DNA from: Candidatus Dojkabacteria bacterium
GTDB lineage: Bacteria > Patescibacteriota > Dojkabacteria > B142 > WJKM01
Assembly: GCA_014729085.1 (NCBI GenBank)
Contig: WJKM01000004.1
Coordinates: forward strand, 4,345 to 68,344
Direction of reading: 5' to 3'
DNA length: 64,000 nt
Shown here: positions 26,857 to 36,820 of the stretch, one piece after another
How positions within the stretch are numbered: position 1 is the first letter of the stretch
Layout of the letters: every line of letters begins with the position of its first letter
Notes under the pieces: generated by a model
Databases searched by the model: none
The model's input: the letters and a program-made list of their open reading frames with translations, nothing else
What the model was told of the DNA's origin: nothing
Translations under genes and position numbers: made by a program

Positions 26857-27831
26857 TCAGATAAAATTCATTACTATCTGCTCTAAATTCTCCGAATCTG
26901 TCTTAATTAAATCATAACCTCTTCCTTCACCCTCAAACCAAGTAATCTGTCTTTTCGCGTATTGTTTATGGGCATTTTGAACTCTTTGAATACATTCTTT
27001 AATACTTTCATCTTTAATACCAAGAAGCATTTCATAAATTTGTTTATAACCAGTTGACTGCATAGCTTTATTATGAAGATCATATCCCATATCTATAAGC
27101 CCTTCTACCTCCGATACAAAGCCATCCTCGAACATTTGCACTACTCGTTCATTAATTTTTTTCATTAATTGGCTTTTTTGAAATTTTGGATATATAAAAA
27201 GTGAATCTAGATCTATCGAATCCAAAGGATTATTGGTGTTCTTATTTTTTGAATCTGTATTTATCTTTTCAATTAACCTAATTAATCGTCTTGGATTATT
27301 TTTATCAGAGTTATTTAAATTAAAGTAAACAGTTGAATCTTTTTCTCTTAGAATTTTTTGCAAGTCTTGAACCTCCATTTTATTGAGTTTATTACGAAGA
27401 GTAGTATCAATTTCTATATTAGGAAGATTATACTTATTAAGAATTGAATCAATGTAAAGCCCTGTTCCTCCAACTAGAATAGGTATCTTTTTTTGAATAT
27501 TAAAATTCAATATCAATTTTGAACAAACGGAATAATAATCATATAGAGTAAAATTAACATCGGGTTCAACGAAACTAAATAAATGACCCTTCATATCAGA
27601 ATTATCTACATTCATTACTGGTAGAGGCTTATGGTCGATCATTTCTGTTGCTATTCTTGTTAATTTTCCCTTATTTGATCCAATATTTAAATACTTATAC
27701 ACTTGAACAGAGTCCGCATTAATAATTTCGGCTGATATAATTTTTGAAATCATTAAAGCAAGTTCTGTCTTCCCTGAGGCAGTAGGACCTCCAATAACTA
27801 TTATCTTTTGTGTACGATTCTGTGAGTTCAT
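26857..27831 (-). CDS. miaA: tRNA dimethylallyltransferase MiaA
   Basis: IVIGGPTASGKTELAL...IINADSVQVYKYLNIGSNK, ILVGGTGLYIDSIL, and a C-terminal tRNA-binding region. Confidence 0.85.
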   Translation of the reverse strand: MNSQNRTQKIIVIGGPTASGKTELALMISKIISAEIINADSVQVYKYLNIGSNKGKLTRIATEMIDHKPLPVMNVDNSDMKGHLFSFVEPDVNFTLYDYYSVCSKLILNFNIQKKIPILVGGTGLYIDSILNKYNLPNIEIDTTLRNKLNKMEVQDLQKILREKDSTVYFNLNNSDKNNPRRLIRLIEKINTDSKNKNTNNPLDSIDLDSLFIYPKFQKSQLMKKINERVVQMFEDGFVSEVEGLIDMGYDLHNKAMQSTGYKQIYEMLLGIKDESIKECIQRVQNAHKQYAKRQITWFEGEGRGYDLIKTDSENLEQIVMNFI

Positions 27832-27900
27832 TTTCTATAATATAAAAGATTTATCAATTGAATTATAATGTATTATTAATCAACATAAAAAAAATTCTAT

Positions 27901-29037
27901 ATGGATTATTTAGAGAAACTAAAAGATTTAAACAAAAAAATTAATGCTATTTGGCTTAAAGGGGTAGCTTTCTTTTTACTTATAATATTCCTTTTTGCAT
28001 TGGGTAAAAATCTGAAACTATTTCCAGAAAGACCTCCCTTACAAGAACAACTCAAACCTATTTTAGAAGCAGATTTTAGTATAGATCAGACACAATATAA
28101 AAATTGTAATTTATCATCTTCCAATGAAAACGTGGATACCTCACCTCTAAAGACAAATGACCAACTTGGGAAAATAGATCTAATTGAAGACACAGACAAA
28201 ATAACAGACAAAAAAAATTTAATCCCACCGGTTTATAATCCTAAATTCATTACTTTAGATGAAGCTAAAGACTGTATTAAGCCTAATGAAATTATTTATG
28301 CTCTTACCATAGAAGATCAAACTCATATATATACTTATTCGGTTCTTGCTAAGCATCAAATCATTCATGATATGTTTCAAATAACTAACAAAGAAAACGA
28401 GACAATATCAAAAGAAGTTATAGTAACTTACTCGCCTTACTCAGACTCGATTTCTGCATTTATCACGTCTGAAATTTTTGGAAACTCCGGAAGGCTATAC
28501 AAAGGTATTAATCTTCTTTTCGATACCAAAACTGAATCCTTATGGCTGCAAATAAATGGGGAGGCGATAATAGGGAATAGAACAGGTGAAAGAATCGAGC
28601 ACTTACCGATTCGAACCCTTACATTCGAAGAAGCAGGTATTAAATTTCCCGAAGGATCCTTTCTTTCCTTCGATACTGGTTACATTACTGATTACTCTAA
28701 AGATCCTTATAAAGATTTTCATACTAATGACCAAATTGTAGGTAAAATTACTCAAAATATCTCAACAAATCTACTTAAGGAAAAAGTCATTGCTATCGAT
28801 TATTCAGGTGAACAGAAAGCCTACTTATTAAATAGTTCACTTCAAGATGAAGACTTAATTGATAAGATTAACGAAGAAGAAATAAAAATATATAAAAATA
28901 TGGAGTTTGATACTTATGAAATTGCTAAAATTGACAACAACGGGAATGTAACTACAATACTTCCATCGGTGCAAATGTACCTGTATTCTTGGAAGGAAGT
29001 TTTTCCAAATAGCAAAATTTACTCAAATAAGTTATAA
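27901..29037 (+). CDS. DUF3179-family protein (membrane-anchored), lacking the usual CPLC cysteines
   Basis: LIPPVYNPKFITLDEAKDCIKPNEIIYALTIEDQTHIYTYSVLAKHQIIHDMF...VTYSPYSDS...FGNSGRLYKGINLLFDTKTESLWLQINGEAIIG follows the DUF3179 consensus. The CPLC motif is replaced by SPYSDS. Confidence 0.5.
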   Translation: MDYLEKLKDLNKKINAIWLKGVAFFLLIIFLFALGKNLKLFPERPPLQEQLKPILEADFSIDQTQYKNCNLSSSNENVDTSPLKTNDQLGKIDLIEDTDKITDKKNLIPPVYNPKFITLDEAKDCIKPNEIIYALTIEDQTHIYTYSVLAKHQIIHDMFQITNKENETISKEVIVTYSPYSDSISAFITSEIFGNSGRLYKGINLLFDTKTESLWLQINGEAIIGNRTGERIEHLPIRTLTFEEAGIKFPEGSFLSFDTGYITDYSKDPYKDFHTNDQIVGKITQNISTNLLKEKVIAIDYSGEQKAYLLNSSLQDEDLIDKINEEEIKIYKNMEFDTYEIAKIDNNGNVTTILPSVQMYLYSWKEVFPNSKIYSNKL

Positions 29038-29048
29038 AATAAAAACAC

Positions 29049-29537
29049 ATGATAATAGATACAATAATATTCGATTTCTATGGAGTAATATTAAAAAATA
29101 TTAAAGAAAATGTATTGTTAGGAAGTAGGGAACTTATACCATATGAAGAAACAATTTCTTTTATAAGATCAATCCCTATAGACTATACTTTAGCAATTGG
29201 ATCAGCCTCTAATACTTTAATAATAAAAGAGGCACTTGAAATCTTTAATTTAGTTGACCATTTTAAAATCATTCTAGGAGCAAGTGATGTGGCTAACTTT
29301 AAACCTCATCCCGAAGTATATGAGAAAGTACTACATAAATTAAATAAAACTGCTGAACAGGCGATTGTAATTGAAGATAGCCCTGCTGGAATTGAAGCAG
29401 CTCACGCTGCAGGCTTGAAATGTGCTGTTGTTTTAAATTCTCATACTCGCAAACAACTTCAAACTGCAGATATTTTTCTTCCTAACTTTGAAACCATTAA
29501 TTTTGAAGGATTTCTCGAACTTATAAAAAAAAGCTAA
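29049..29537 (+). CDS. HAD-superfamily hydrolase-like protein (short, possibly degenerate motif I)
   Basis: IIFDFYGVIL occurs where HAD motif I DxDGV belongs, with the second Asp replaced by Tyr. C-terminal IEDSPAGIEAAHAAGLKCAVV matches the HAD motif III/IV region. Confidence 0.5.
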   Translation: MIIDTIIFDFYGVILKNIKENVLLGSRELIPYEETISFIRSIPIDYTLAIGSASNTLIIKEALEIFNLVDHFKIILGASDVANFKPHPEVYEKVLHKLNKTAEQAIVIEDSPAGIEAAHAAGLKCAVVLNSHTRKQLQTADIFLPNFETINFEGFLELIKKS

Positions 29538-29568
29538 TAAAACTAGATGTTATTTTTTCAATATTTAA

Positions 29569-30186
29569 ATGATTAACAAAAGACAAGTTACAGATAACAT
29601 AATCCAATACCAATTTTCATATATGAGAGAAAATATTTTCTACCTCAAGAACCAAGAAATATTAATAGATACAGGTAGTCCAAACGCAAAATCCGAACTC
29701 AAGGAAATAATAAAACAAATCAACATTACTAAGATTATCATTACTCATTCCCATTTTGATCATATTGGAAATATTGATATATTCAAAAATACTCCAATCA
29801 TTATGAGTAAAACCTCAAAAGAGATTGTCACAAAAAACAAGGATGAATATATGCTATTTAATTGGATAGGTTCTGAGGTCGTGGAAGTATCTACAGATCA
29901 AATATCGACGAAATTCAAGCATAAGCAACTTCAAATTATCAATACACCGGGGCATCTAACCGGAAGTATTGTAATCTATGACAAAAATAATAAATTCTTA
30001 TTTACAGGGGATTTAATATTTGGGCCTACTTCAATTGGACGAACAGACATACCAGGAAGCGACAAAAATGAAATGAAACAATCACTTCAGAAGTTATTGG
30101 AACTTGAAATACATGCAATACTTCCTGGCCACGGAGAAATATGTTATGAAAAAAATATAGTTTCCAAAGCACTAAAAATTTTATAA
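29569..30186 (+). CDS. MBL-fold metallo-hydrolase
   Basis: ITHSHFDHIGN (HxHxDH), downstream His and Asp ligands (TPGHLTG, GDLIF), and C-terminal LPGHGE. Confidence 0.7.
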   Translation: MINKRQVTDNIIQYQFSYMRENIFYLKNQEILIDTGSPNAKSELKEIIKQINITKIIITHSHFDHIGNIDIFKNTPIIMSKTSKEIVTKNKDEYMLFNWIGSEVVEVSTDQISTKFKHKQLQIINTPGHLTGSIVIYDKNNKFLFTGDLIFGPTSIGRTDIPGSDKNEMKQSLQKLLELEIHAILPGHGEICYEKNIVSKALKIL

Positions 30187-30235
30187 AAAAAGCTGGAGCA
30201 TAAATATACTTATACTACACCCCAGCTATTATTAA

Positions 30236-33200
30236 CTATAGATCTTTCACGGCTTTGTCAGGTAAAATTTTTATTTTTGGGAAGACAAAAGCAATCAATG
30301 AAAAAATGATTATAGTCAAAAGAATTACATGAGTTTCTGACTCAGGCATTGATTGCCCTTTAAACATGCTTGGAACATTTAAATTCTGTTCTCCAATGTC
30401 ATATTCCTCATCATATGCATCATCATCTTCGGATAATTCATCCAGCTGTTGTTTCTGCCACGTAGTCTGAACTGCAATCATTGAATTAAAAGGATCAACA
30501 AAATGTTCTTCTTTTGCTATTTTTGTCATTTCTTTTGCATAATACAATCTAGATTGTGAATCATTCATGTAGCCAATGAAATCTTTAGAATCGTTAGATT
30601 TATTGAGCTTTTCAATTACATCATTCCAAACTGTTTCTTCTTCTACTTGTTGATCTTGACAATTTTCATTTTTATAATCCAATTCAATAATATCAACTTC
30701 TTCGATATCTTTTATATGAAATATTCTCCCATTTGATGACCAAACTAGATTATTAACTTCTTCCTTTTGACTAGTCAATCTATCCCCAACCTGAATAATG
30801 TTTATCTGATTGTTAAGATTTGTTGAGTAATTAAAATCAAAATCAACTTCTTCTGAAAATTCAAAATCTGAACTATCTGTAATAATATATGTCACTGTAT
30901 TTTCAAACTGTGTATCTTCAACTATAAGTTTTTCTGCTACGTCAGACGTATCTGAATATCCCCAGAATTCATTATTCATAATCCATGTATATATTTGATC
31001 TTCGATAATAATACCTTCCTCATAATTGACATCAAAATTATATTCATATATCTCAAAATTACTTGTGTCAAATTCCTGAAATATTTTATTTGTAACTTCT
31101 TGGTATATCTTTCTATTTTGGATAGATTCAGCACTTTTGGAGAAATCATAGAATATTCTAATATTTTCAACTTCACCAAAATTACTCTCGTCTTTTTGAA
31201 TGTAATCACAAATATTTGAAAACTTTGAAAAAGAAAGTACAGAATTGTCTTTTAACTCGTCTCCATTCCTTCCAGGTGATAGTTTATAGAACTCTGAGTA
31301 AACAGGTTCTTCTTTATGCGATGTAGGATATTGAGTACTTGTTGCTGAAATTTCCTTAATTTTGTTTTTATTTTCTCCCTCAAAGGATATTTCAGCTGAA
31401 TAATTTGTTTTGTTGGAAATATCTAAATTTCGAGTATATGGAAACCTTAGCAATTGGTATTTACCTTTGATTTGACCACTGACTGTAAACTGTACTTTCT
31501 GATAATCAGGAACTATTATATCTTCCCACGTATTTGTTCTTGAATTCCAATTTGATTGAATATCACCTCCTTTTGGTGGAATTGGATAAACTCTTAATCT
31601 ATAAGTTCTAGGTCCTACTAATTCCATTAAAGCTGGATCAATACTTCGTGTTAAACTTCTCTCATACACAGTTTTAGCAGCTGCTTTTGGCGCTACGATT
31701 CCTGGATTTTCTAAGTCAGGCCCAAGATTCAAATCGGTTATTATAGTCTCTTCGGGAAGGCTAAACTCAAAGTAAACTTCTTGATTAGTAATTTCTTTAT
31801 TTTTAAAAGTGAAAGTATAATTTGTTTCATGCAAATTATAATCAGTATTAATTGTAGATTTCACATGTAAATCTTCTAGAAATACACTTTTCTTGTCTTC
31901 ATCAATCAGACCAGCTGAGTCATCAATTGTACCTCTAAAGGAAAATACGCCTTCAGTTAATGTATTGGAGGTATATTTATTTATCATATCTGATTCAGCC
32001 CGTTGAATATTGTCATCAAATACTTTCTTATATTCGATATCTGCACTCTCAAAGTCTTCAAACAAATTTCCTTTATAAACTACAGCTGATACTAAAAAAG
32101 AAAAAGATGTATACATCTCATCGCAATATACCGAAGGCAAATTAAATTCAAAGTCATCACTAAATGGAGAAGAATAATATCTGTACTTATTCTGCTGACA
32201 ATATAGTTTATAAAATATTTTATCTGATTCATCATCAAAAATATTTTCGTATCTTGCAAAGAATTTTTCTTTTAAAGCATCTTTAGTTCTATTTTCATTT
32301 ACATATAAATCCATATATTTTTCTTTTAAGACATCAAACTCTCCTTGGGAATTGGTAACTTTGGTAATTTCCTCTCTGTATTTAGAATTGAAATCGTAAC
32401 TCATTACAGTAATAATCAAAACACTTGAAAATACGGCTATAAAAGGAACTAAAAGCTTCGATACATTCGTTAGACTTACTGCATTTTTCTTGATTTTAAA
32501 TCCTTTGCTAAAGTTAAATAAGCTATTTAAATGCCTCTTAAATAGATTGATGAACTTCTTTAAATAGATAGGAAACACATATGCTGGACTTAAATACAAG
32601 AAAGACATTATTCCAAAAATTAGGAACATGAGTGGAGAAACGGCTAATATGCCTCCACCAGCAAAATTATTATTATAGGGATTAAAACTAAACATTTCGG
32701 CTAGCAGTTCCAAAAATCCTTTTAGAACGGAAAGAGCAATATATGGAAAGAAAAAAGCCCAAATAAGAAATATATAGCCAGACATTAAAGAACCAATGGA
32801 ATAAGCTACAAGCTTCAAGTACTCAAATATGTGTTTATATCTCTTAACTATTTTTAGATCAATTAGATCTAAGAATAAAATAAAACAGGAATATAAAATT
32901 AATATAAACATAAATCCTAAGACAGGAGAGTATATTTGTATTACAAAAATTCTAAAGACAGACAGTAAAAATAATGGAACTTCAATCCCTAGTAGGAATA
33001 AAAGCATTGATCGTAATTTTTTCCTAATATTAAGATATACTCCTACAACTATTCCTATTGTAGGTATAAGTAAAGCACCTATATAAGTAAGTGCAGAAGC
33101 AATGGTTAATTCTTCTGGACCTCTGAGAATGACTGTAAAGAATAAAAATGCGCCACCCAGAATATAAAGTGCCCAAAATATATGTGGTATCCAGAAAAAT

Positions 33201-33556
33201 ATGTATGCTGATAAACGAAGTAATTTTTTCAACTTGCCTTTAGGAGACTTACGTTCATTCTTTTTTGAAATATCATCTGGAGCTTCTTGTTTCATATCCT
33301 CAATTGTTCCCATTTTATTTATTAGAGTCTGTATATCTTCAGTTGTAAGGACTTCTTGTTTATTTGAATTTAGAGCATATTTTAAATGTTCCTCAATCCT
33401 ATCTTTCATATCCTGCCAAATGTCTTCCTTATCTCCATTTTCACTCAAATGTTTTTTAAGAGACGTAATATAATTCTCATAAACTTTCTTGGCTGAACTT
33501 TGAATTTTAAATTTTGTATTATTAATTTTTATTTTTTGTATTTTTTTGTTTACCAT
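30236..33556 (-). CDS. large polytopic membrane protein with N-terminal HAAS/DUF1700-like domain and a roughly 650-aa extracytoplasmic C-terminal region
   Basis: N-terminal 100 aa (VYENYITSLKKHLSENGDKEDIWQDMKDRIEEHL...LTTEDIQTLINKMGTIEDM) fit the DUF1700/HAAS pattern usually paired with PadR. Then about ten hydrophobic helices. Then a long hydrophilic domain with no recognisable fold. The start overlaps the PadR gene by 35 nt. Confidence 0.6.
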   Translation of the reverse strand: MVNKKIQKIKINNTKFKIQSSAKKVYENYITSLKKHLSENGDKEDIWQDMKDRIEEHLKYALNSNKQEVLTTEDIQTLINKMGTIEDMKQEAPDDISKKNERKSPKGKLKKLLRLSAYIFFWIPHIFWALYILGGAFLFFTVILRGPEELTIASALTYIGALLIPTIGIVVGVYLNIRKKLRSMLLFLLGIEVPLFLLSVFRIFVIQIYSPVLGFMFILILYSCFILFLDLIDLKIVKRYKHIFEYLKLVAYSIGSLMSGYIFLIWAFFFPYIALSVLKGFLELLAEMFSFNPYNNNFAGGGILAVSPLMFLIFGIMSFLYLSPAYVFPIYLKKFINLFKRHLNSLFNFSKGFKIKKNAVSLTNVSKLLVPFIAVFSSVLIITVMSYDFNSKYREEITKVTNSQGEFDVLKEKYMDLYVNENRTKDALKEKFFARYENIFDDESDKIFYKLYCQQNKYRYYSSPFSDDFEFNLPSVYCDEMYTSFSFLVSAVVYKGNLFEDFESADIEYKKVFDDNIQRAESDMINKYTSNTLTEGVFSFRGTIDDSAGLIDEDKKSVFLEDLHVKSTINTDYNLHETNYTFTFKNKEITNQEVYFEFSLPEETIITDLNLGPDLENPGIVAPKAAAKTVYERSLTRSIDPALMELVGPRTYRLRVYPIPPKGGDIQSNWNSRTNTWEDIIVPDYQKVQFTVSGQIKGKYQLLRFPYTRNLDISNKTNYSAEISFEGENKNKIKEISATSTQYPTSHKEEPVYSEFYKLSPGRNGDELKDNSVLSFSKFSNICDYIQKDESNFGEVENIRIFYDFSKSAESIQNRKIYQEVTNKIFQEFDTSNFEIYEYNFDVNYEEGIIIEDQIYTWIMNNEFWGYSDTSDVAEKLIVEDTQFENTVTYIITDSSDFEFSEEVDFDFNYSTNLNNQINIIQVGDRLTSQKEEVNNLVWSSNGRIFHIKDIEEVDIIELDYKNENCQDQQVEEETVWNDVIEKLNKSNDSKDFIGYMNDSQSRLYYAKEMTKIAKEEHFVDPFNSMIAVQTTWQKQQLDELSEDDDAYDEEYDIGEQNLNVPSMFKGQSMPESETHVILLTIIIFSLIAFVFPKIKILPDKAVKDL

Positions 33557-33878
33557 GATGTGAGATATAATTAACAGAATTATTTATTTCCTCCCAAGAG
33601 GATTTGAAAAGAGTAAGTTTTTCCTCACCCTTTGTGGTTAAAACATAATATTTTCTTGGTGGCCCGCTTTTAGACTCAACCCATTTATAGTCCACCAAAT
33701 CATCCCTTTTTAGTCTACTTAATAATGGATAAAGAGTGCCTTCAACTACAATTAAATCTGCTTCCAGTAATTTCTTTAAAATATCAGATGCATAAACTTC
33801 TGCGTCAGAAATAATCTGCAAAATACAAAACTCTAGTATACCTTTTTTCATTTGTGTTTTAATTTGATCTTTCTCCAT
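33522..33878 (-). CDS. PadR-family transcriptional regulator
   Basis: GILEFCILQIIS...EGTLYPLLSRLKRDDLVDYKWVESKSGPPRKYYVLTTKGEE is the canonical PadR winged helix. Confidence 0.75.
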   Translation of the reverse strand: MEKDQIKTQMKKGILEFCILQIISDAEVYASDILKKLLEADLIVVEGTLYPLLSRLKRDDLVDYKWVESKSGPPRKYYVLTTKGEEKLTLFKSSWEEINNSVNYISHHGKQKNTKNKN

Positions 33879-33885
33879 TATTTAT

Positions 33886-34356
33886 TTAAACATAGCTAAA
33901 TTCAACATTCTTTGCCTCAATAGGAACTACAACAGATTTTTCATTCTGAAATGGGAGAGGCAATATACTAATCCCAAATAACTCTAAGTGTATATTAGAA
34001 GTTTGAGTAGCATGTGCATAGCCTTCCAACTCAAAGGAACCATCTTGCTTATTCTTGAAATAAACACCGGTTTTTCTAACGTTACCGTTGTTTGGGAATT
34101 CATAAACAGGGTAACTCAATTCTAGACCCTCTTTATCTATAATGCTAATTAAATTTTCATATGATATGCTTTCCAGATCCAACTCAGACTCAACAAGTGA
34201 TTTTTTTATATTATTGATATCAATCATAACTAGATCTTTGGAACTCATACATGCACAAGGCAACTCTAAACCAATAACAATATTTCCAATTTTAAGATTT
34301 ACTATTAAAAAAATCAGTGGAGTTATAAGAAAAATTAGTATATGTTTGGTTTGCAT
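33886..34356 (-). CDS. hypothetical membrane-anchored protein
   Basis: N-terminal TM segment. 156 aa. First small gene upstream of padR in the same orientation. Confidence 0.4.
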   Translation of the reverse strand: MQTKHILIFLITPLIFLIVNLKIGNIVIGLELPCACMSSKDLVMIDINNIKKSLVESELDLESISYENLISIIDKEGLELSYPVYEFPNNGNVRKTGVYFKNKQDGSFELEGYAHATQTSNIHLELFGISILPLPFQNEKSVVVPIEAKNVEFSYV

Positions 34357-34440
34357 ATTTAAATATAAAAAGAAAATTATTTTAAAACAATTCCTAAGAT
34401 TGTATCACAAAGAACTATGTATTACAAGGTACCAATTTAT

Positions 34441-35025
34441 TTATGAGATATATTGTTCAATATCAAGAAAGTGCCTAACTAAAAGCTGTTCATTTTCAAC
34501 TGGGGTATAGGGATAGATATATATAAATATTTTTTGTTTTTTGTCAAAAAAATCAAAAATATTGTATTCAGTATAAATATTATCTTCCTGGATTAACCAA
34601 AAATATGAATTACCTGAGTTTTTTAATATCATCTTTCGAACAAAAATATCATCTTCAATTAATATATTGTTTATTCTGTACACTTTTGTACCTTTTTGAA
34701 CTTCAATTTTAGGAATTTCTGCTAATATACGATTCGAATTTGTTTCTCCAACAATAATGATTCCATTTAAATTTTGATTAATGAAAAATTCATATGATCC
34801 CAGGCTTGAAAAGTTTGATGTGGAAAATATTTCTGTTATATTGGGGGAGAGCTTAATCTTTTTAAATTCTATAGAGGGAGAATTACTAAGTCTCAGATTC
34901 TTTATATTAATTAACTTAACTTTTGACTGACTCATTAAAAAAACTTTTATAAGACCTAATAAAACTAATACTAAGACTAATAAGGGATAAACTGTATTAT
35001 TTTTTACTTTAATTTTAGTATTCAA
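34441..35025 (-). CDS. hypothetical membrane-anchored protein
   Basis: N-terminal TM segment. 194 aa. First gene of the putative four-gene minus-strand operon. Confidence 0.4.
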   Translation of the reverse strand: MNTKIKVKNNTVYPLLVLVLVLLGLIKVFLMSQSKVKLINIKNLRLSNSPSIEFKKIKLSPNITEIFSTSNFSSLGSYEFFINQNLNGIIIVGETNSNRILAEIPKIEVQKGTKVYRINNILIEDDIFVRKMILKNSGNSYFWLIQEDNIYTEYNIFDFFDKKQKIFIYIYPYTPVENEQLLVRHFLDIEQYIS

Positions 35026-35167
35026 ATCTATATATTAATCATATTTACTGATATTATATACAAATTTCCAAATAATAATTGAACATAATCTATAGTTATG
35101 AGATCTAGTCTTAATTAGTTTATTATTTTCATAACATAATTAATATTAGTTAAATAAATAAGGGACT

Positions 35168-36811
35168 GTGATAAACCTACAAAAAATTCAAAATGAATAT
35201 CAGATTGAATTAAAAATTGACAAAGGACTAGTATTTCTTTTTGCAACCTGGGGAGTATACTTCCTCATTATCTGGCCTAAAATGTTATTTTATGGAAATG
35301 ATGGGATTTATTCCGGATATTTTGGCGTATGGTCGGACTGGGCATCTCACTTTGCATATATGAATAGATTTTTATATCACACACCAGCCAATTGGTTTAA
35401 TACTCACCCTTTATTTTATGGTAAAAAATTCATCTACCCTTTCATTCCAGATTTTATCTCTGCAATGCTTGTTAAATTTGGTATGGATAAAGTTACTTCA
35501 TTCATATTGCCAAGTTTATTGGTTAGCTTACTCTTGTTGTTAATTTTTTACAAATTCTTCAAATATATTTTTAAATCATCAAAGCTTGCAATCTTAGCAA
35601 TCACATTATTCTTTTCAAGCGGAGGGCTCGGTTTTATCTGGTTTATAAATGATTTAGTCAGCAACTGGGGAAATATTCTACAATTTTTCCCTCCCGAATA
35701 CACGAGAATGCCGGAAGAACATATTCACTGGGTTACTATCTTACCAGGACAACTCTTAGCACAAAGAGGCTTATTATTTGGACTACCAATATTGACTTAC
35801 ATCGTATTTCAACTTTATAAATGGAGTAAACAAAACTTCAAAAATATAAAGAAATATAAAATTACTTTACTCGGTTTTCTGTCAAGTCTATTATTAATTA
35901 TTCATACCCACTCTTTTATAGTTCTATTCATGGTATGTTTGTGTTTTCTTTCTATGCGTTTCAAGCAATACAAGTCATGGCTTGTATATGGGGTAACCGT
36001 AGTAATATTTGCATTCCCTATATATTTGCTTCTTTATCATAATCAAGTATCAGGTTCATTTTTTAAATGGTATCCTGGCTGGATCGCTAAGACAGACCAA
36101 ATTAATTTTTTATATTTCTGGTTTTTAAATTGGGGACTATTTTTACCTTTCGCAATATATTCTATAGTCAAGAATAAATTATATAAAAATCCTTTAGTAA
36201 CAAGTGGTTTAGTTGTGTTTTCTGTTTCTAACTTAATTCTTTACCAACCATGGGATTGGGACAATACAAAAATACTTAACTGGACATACCTAATGTTTTG
36301 TATACCAGTTGTTATAGAATTAAAAAATATATGGAATTTAAAAAACAAATTTTTGCAATCCTTTGTAATTTTATTGATATTTCTATTTAGTTTCTCCGGA
36401 ATGCTTGATAACTTTAGACTACTCAAAACAAACAAACTTAAGGCAAAGGCATGGAGCTATGAAGAAGTAAACTTAGCTCAAAACTTTAGAAGAATCTCTA
36501 ATCCAACTGATATTGTTCTATGTTCTGACTACCATCATCACTGGATTACATCGCTAACTGGAAGACAAGTTCTAATGGGCTACAGAGGATGGCTTGGTTC
36601 ATATGGAGTAGATTATCACCAGACCTATGAAGATATTCATAATATTTACAAAGGGTCAGAAATATCTAAAGTTTTGATTCAAAAATATAACATTAAATAC
36701 ATTGTAATAGGACCTCATGAAAAAAGAGATTTTGAGGTTAATCTTGATTTTTTTAAAAAGAATTATCAAGTAGTTCTTAACAATGGAAATTATGTGGTTT
36801 ATAAAGTATAG
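35168..36811 (+). CDS. polytopic membrane protein, putative GT-C-fold glycosyltransferase
   Basis: At least 11 hydrophobic helices with an acidic first-loop motif (VWSDWASH) and a roughly 120-aa soluble C-terminal domain. Family not identified. Confidence 0.4.
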   Translation: MINLQKIQNEYQIELKIDKGLVFLFATWGVYFLIIWPKMLFYGNDGIYSGYFGVWSDWASHFAYMNRFLYHTPANWFNTHPLFYGKKFIYPFIPDFISAMLVKFGMDKVTSFILPSLLVSLLLLLIFYKFFKYIFKSSKLAILAITLFFSSGGLGFIWFINDLVSNWGNILQFFPPEYTRMPEEHIHWVTILPGQLLAQRGLLFGLPILTYIVFQLYKWSKQNFKNIKKYKITLLGFLSSLLLIIHTHSFIVLFMVCLCFLSMRFKQYKSWLVYGVTVVIFAFPIYLLLYHNQVSGSFFKWYPGWIAKTDQINFLYFWFLNWGLFLPFAIYSIVKNKLYKNPLVTSGLVVFSVSNLILYQPWDWDNTKILNWTYLMFCIPVVIELKNIWNLKNKFLQSFVILLIFLFSFSGMLDNFRLLKTNKLKAKAWSYEEVNLAQNFRRISNPTDIVLCSDYHHHWITSLTGRQVLMGYRGWLGSYGVDYHQTYEDIHNIYKGSEISKVLIQKYNIKYIVIGPHEKRDFEVNLDFFKKNYQVVLNNGNYVVYKV

Positions 36812-36820
36812 ATATCATAA

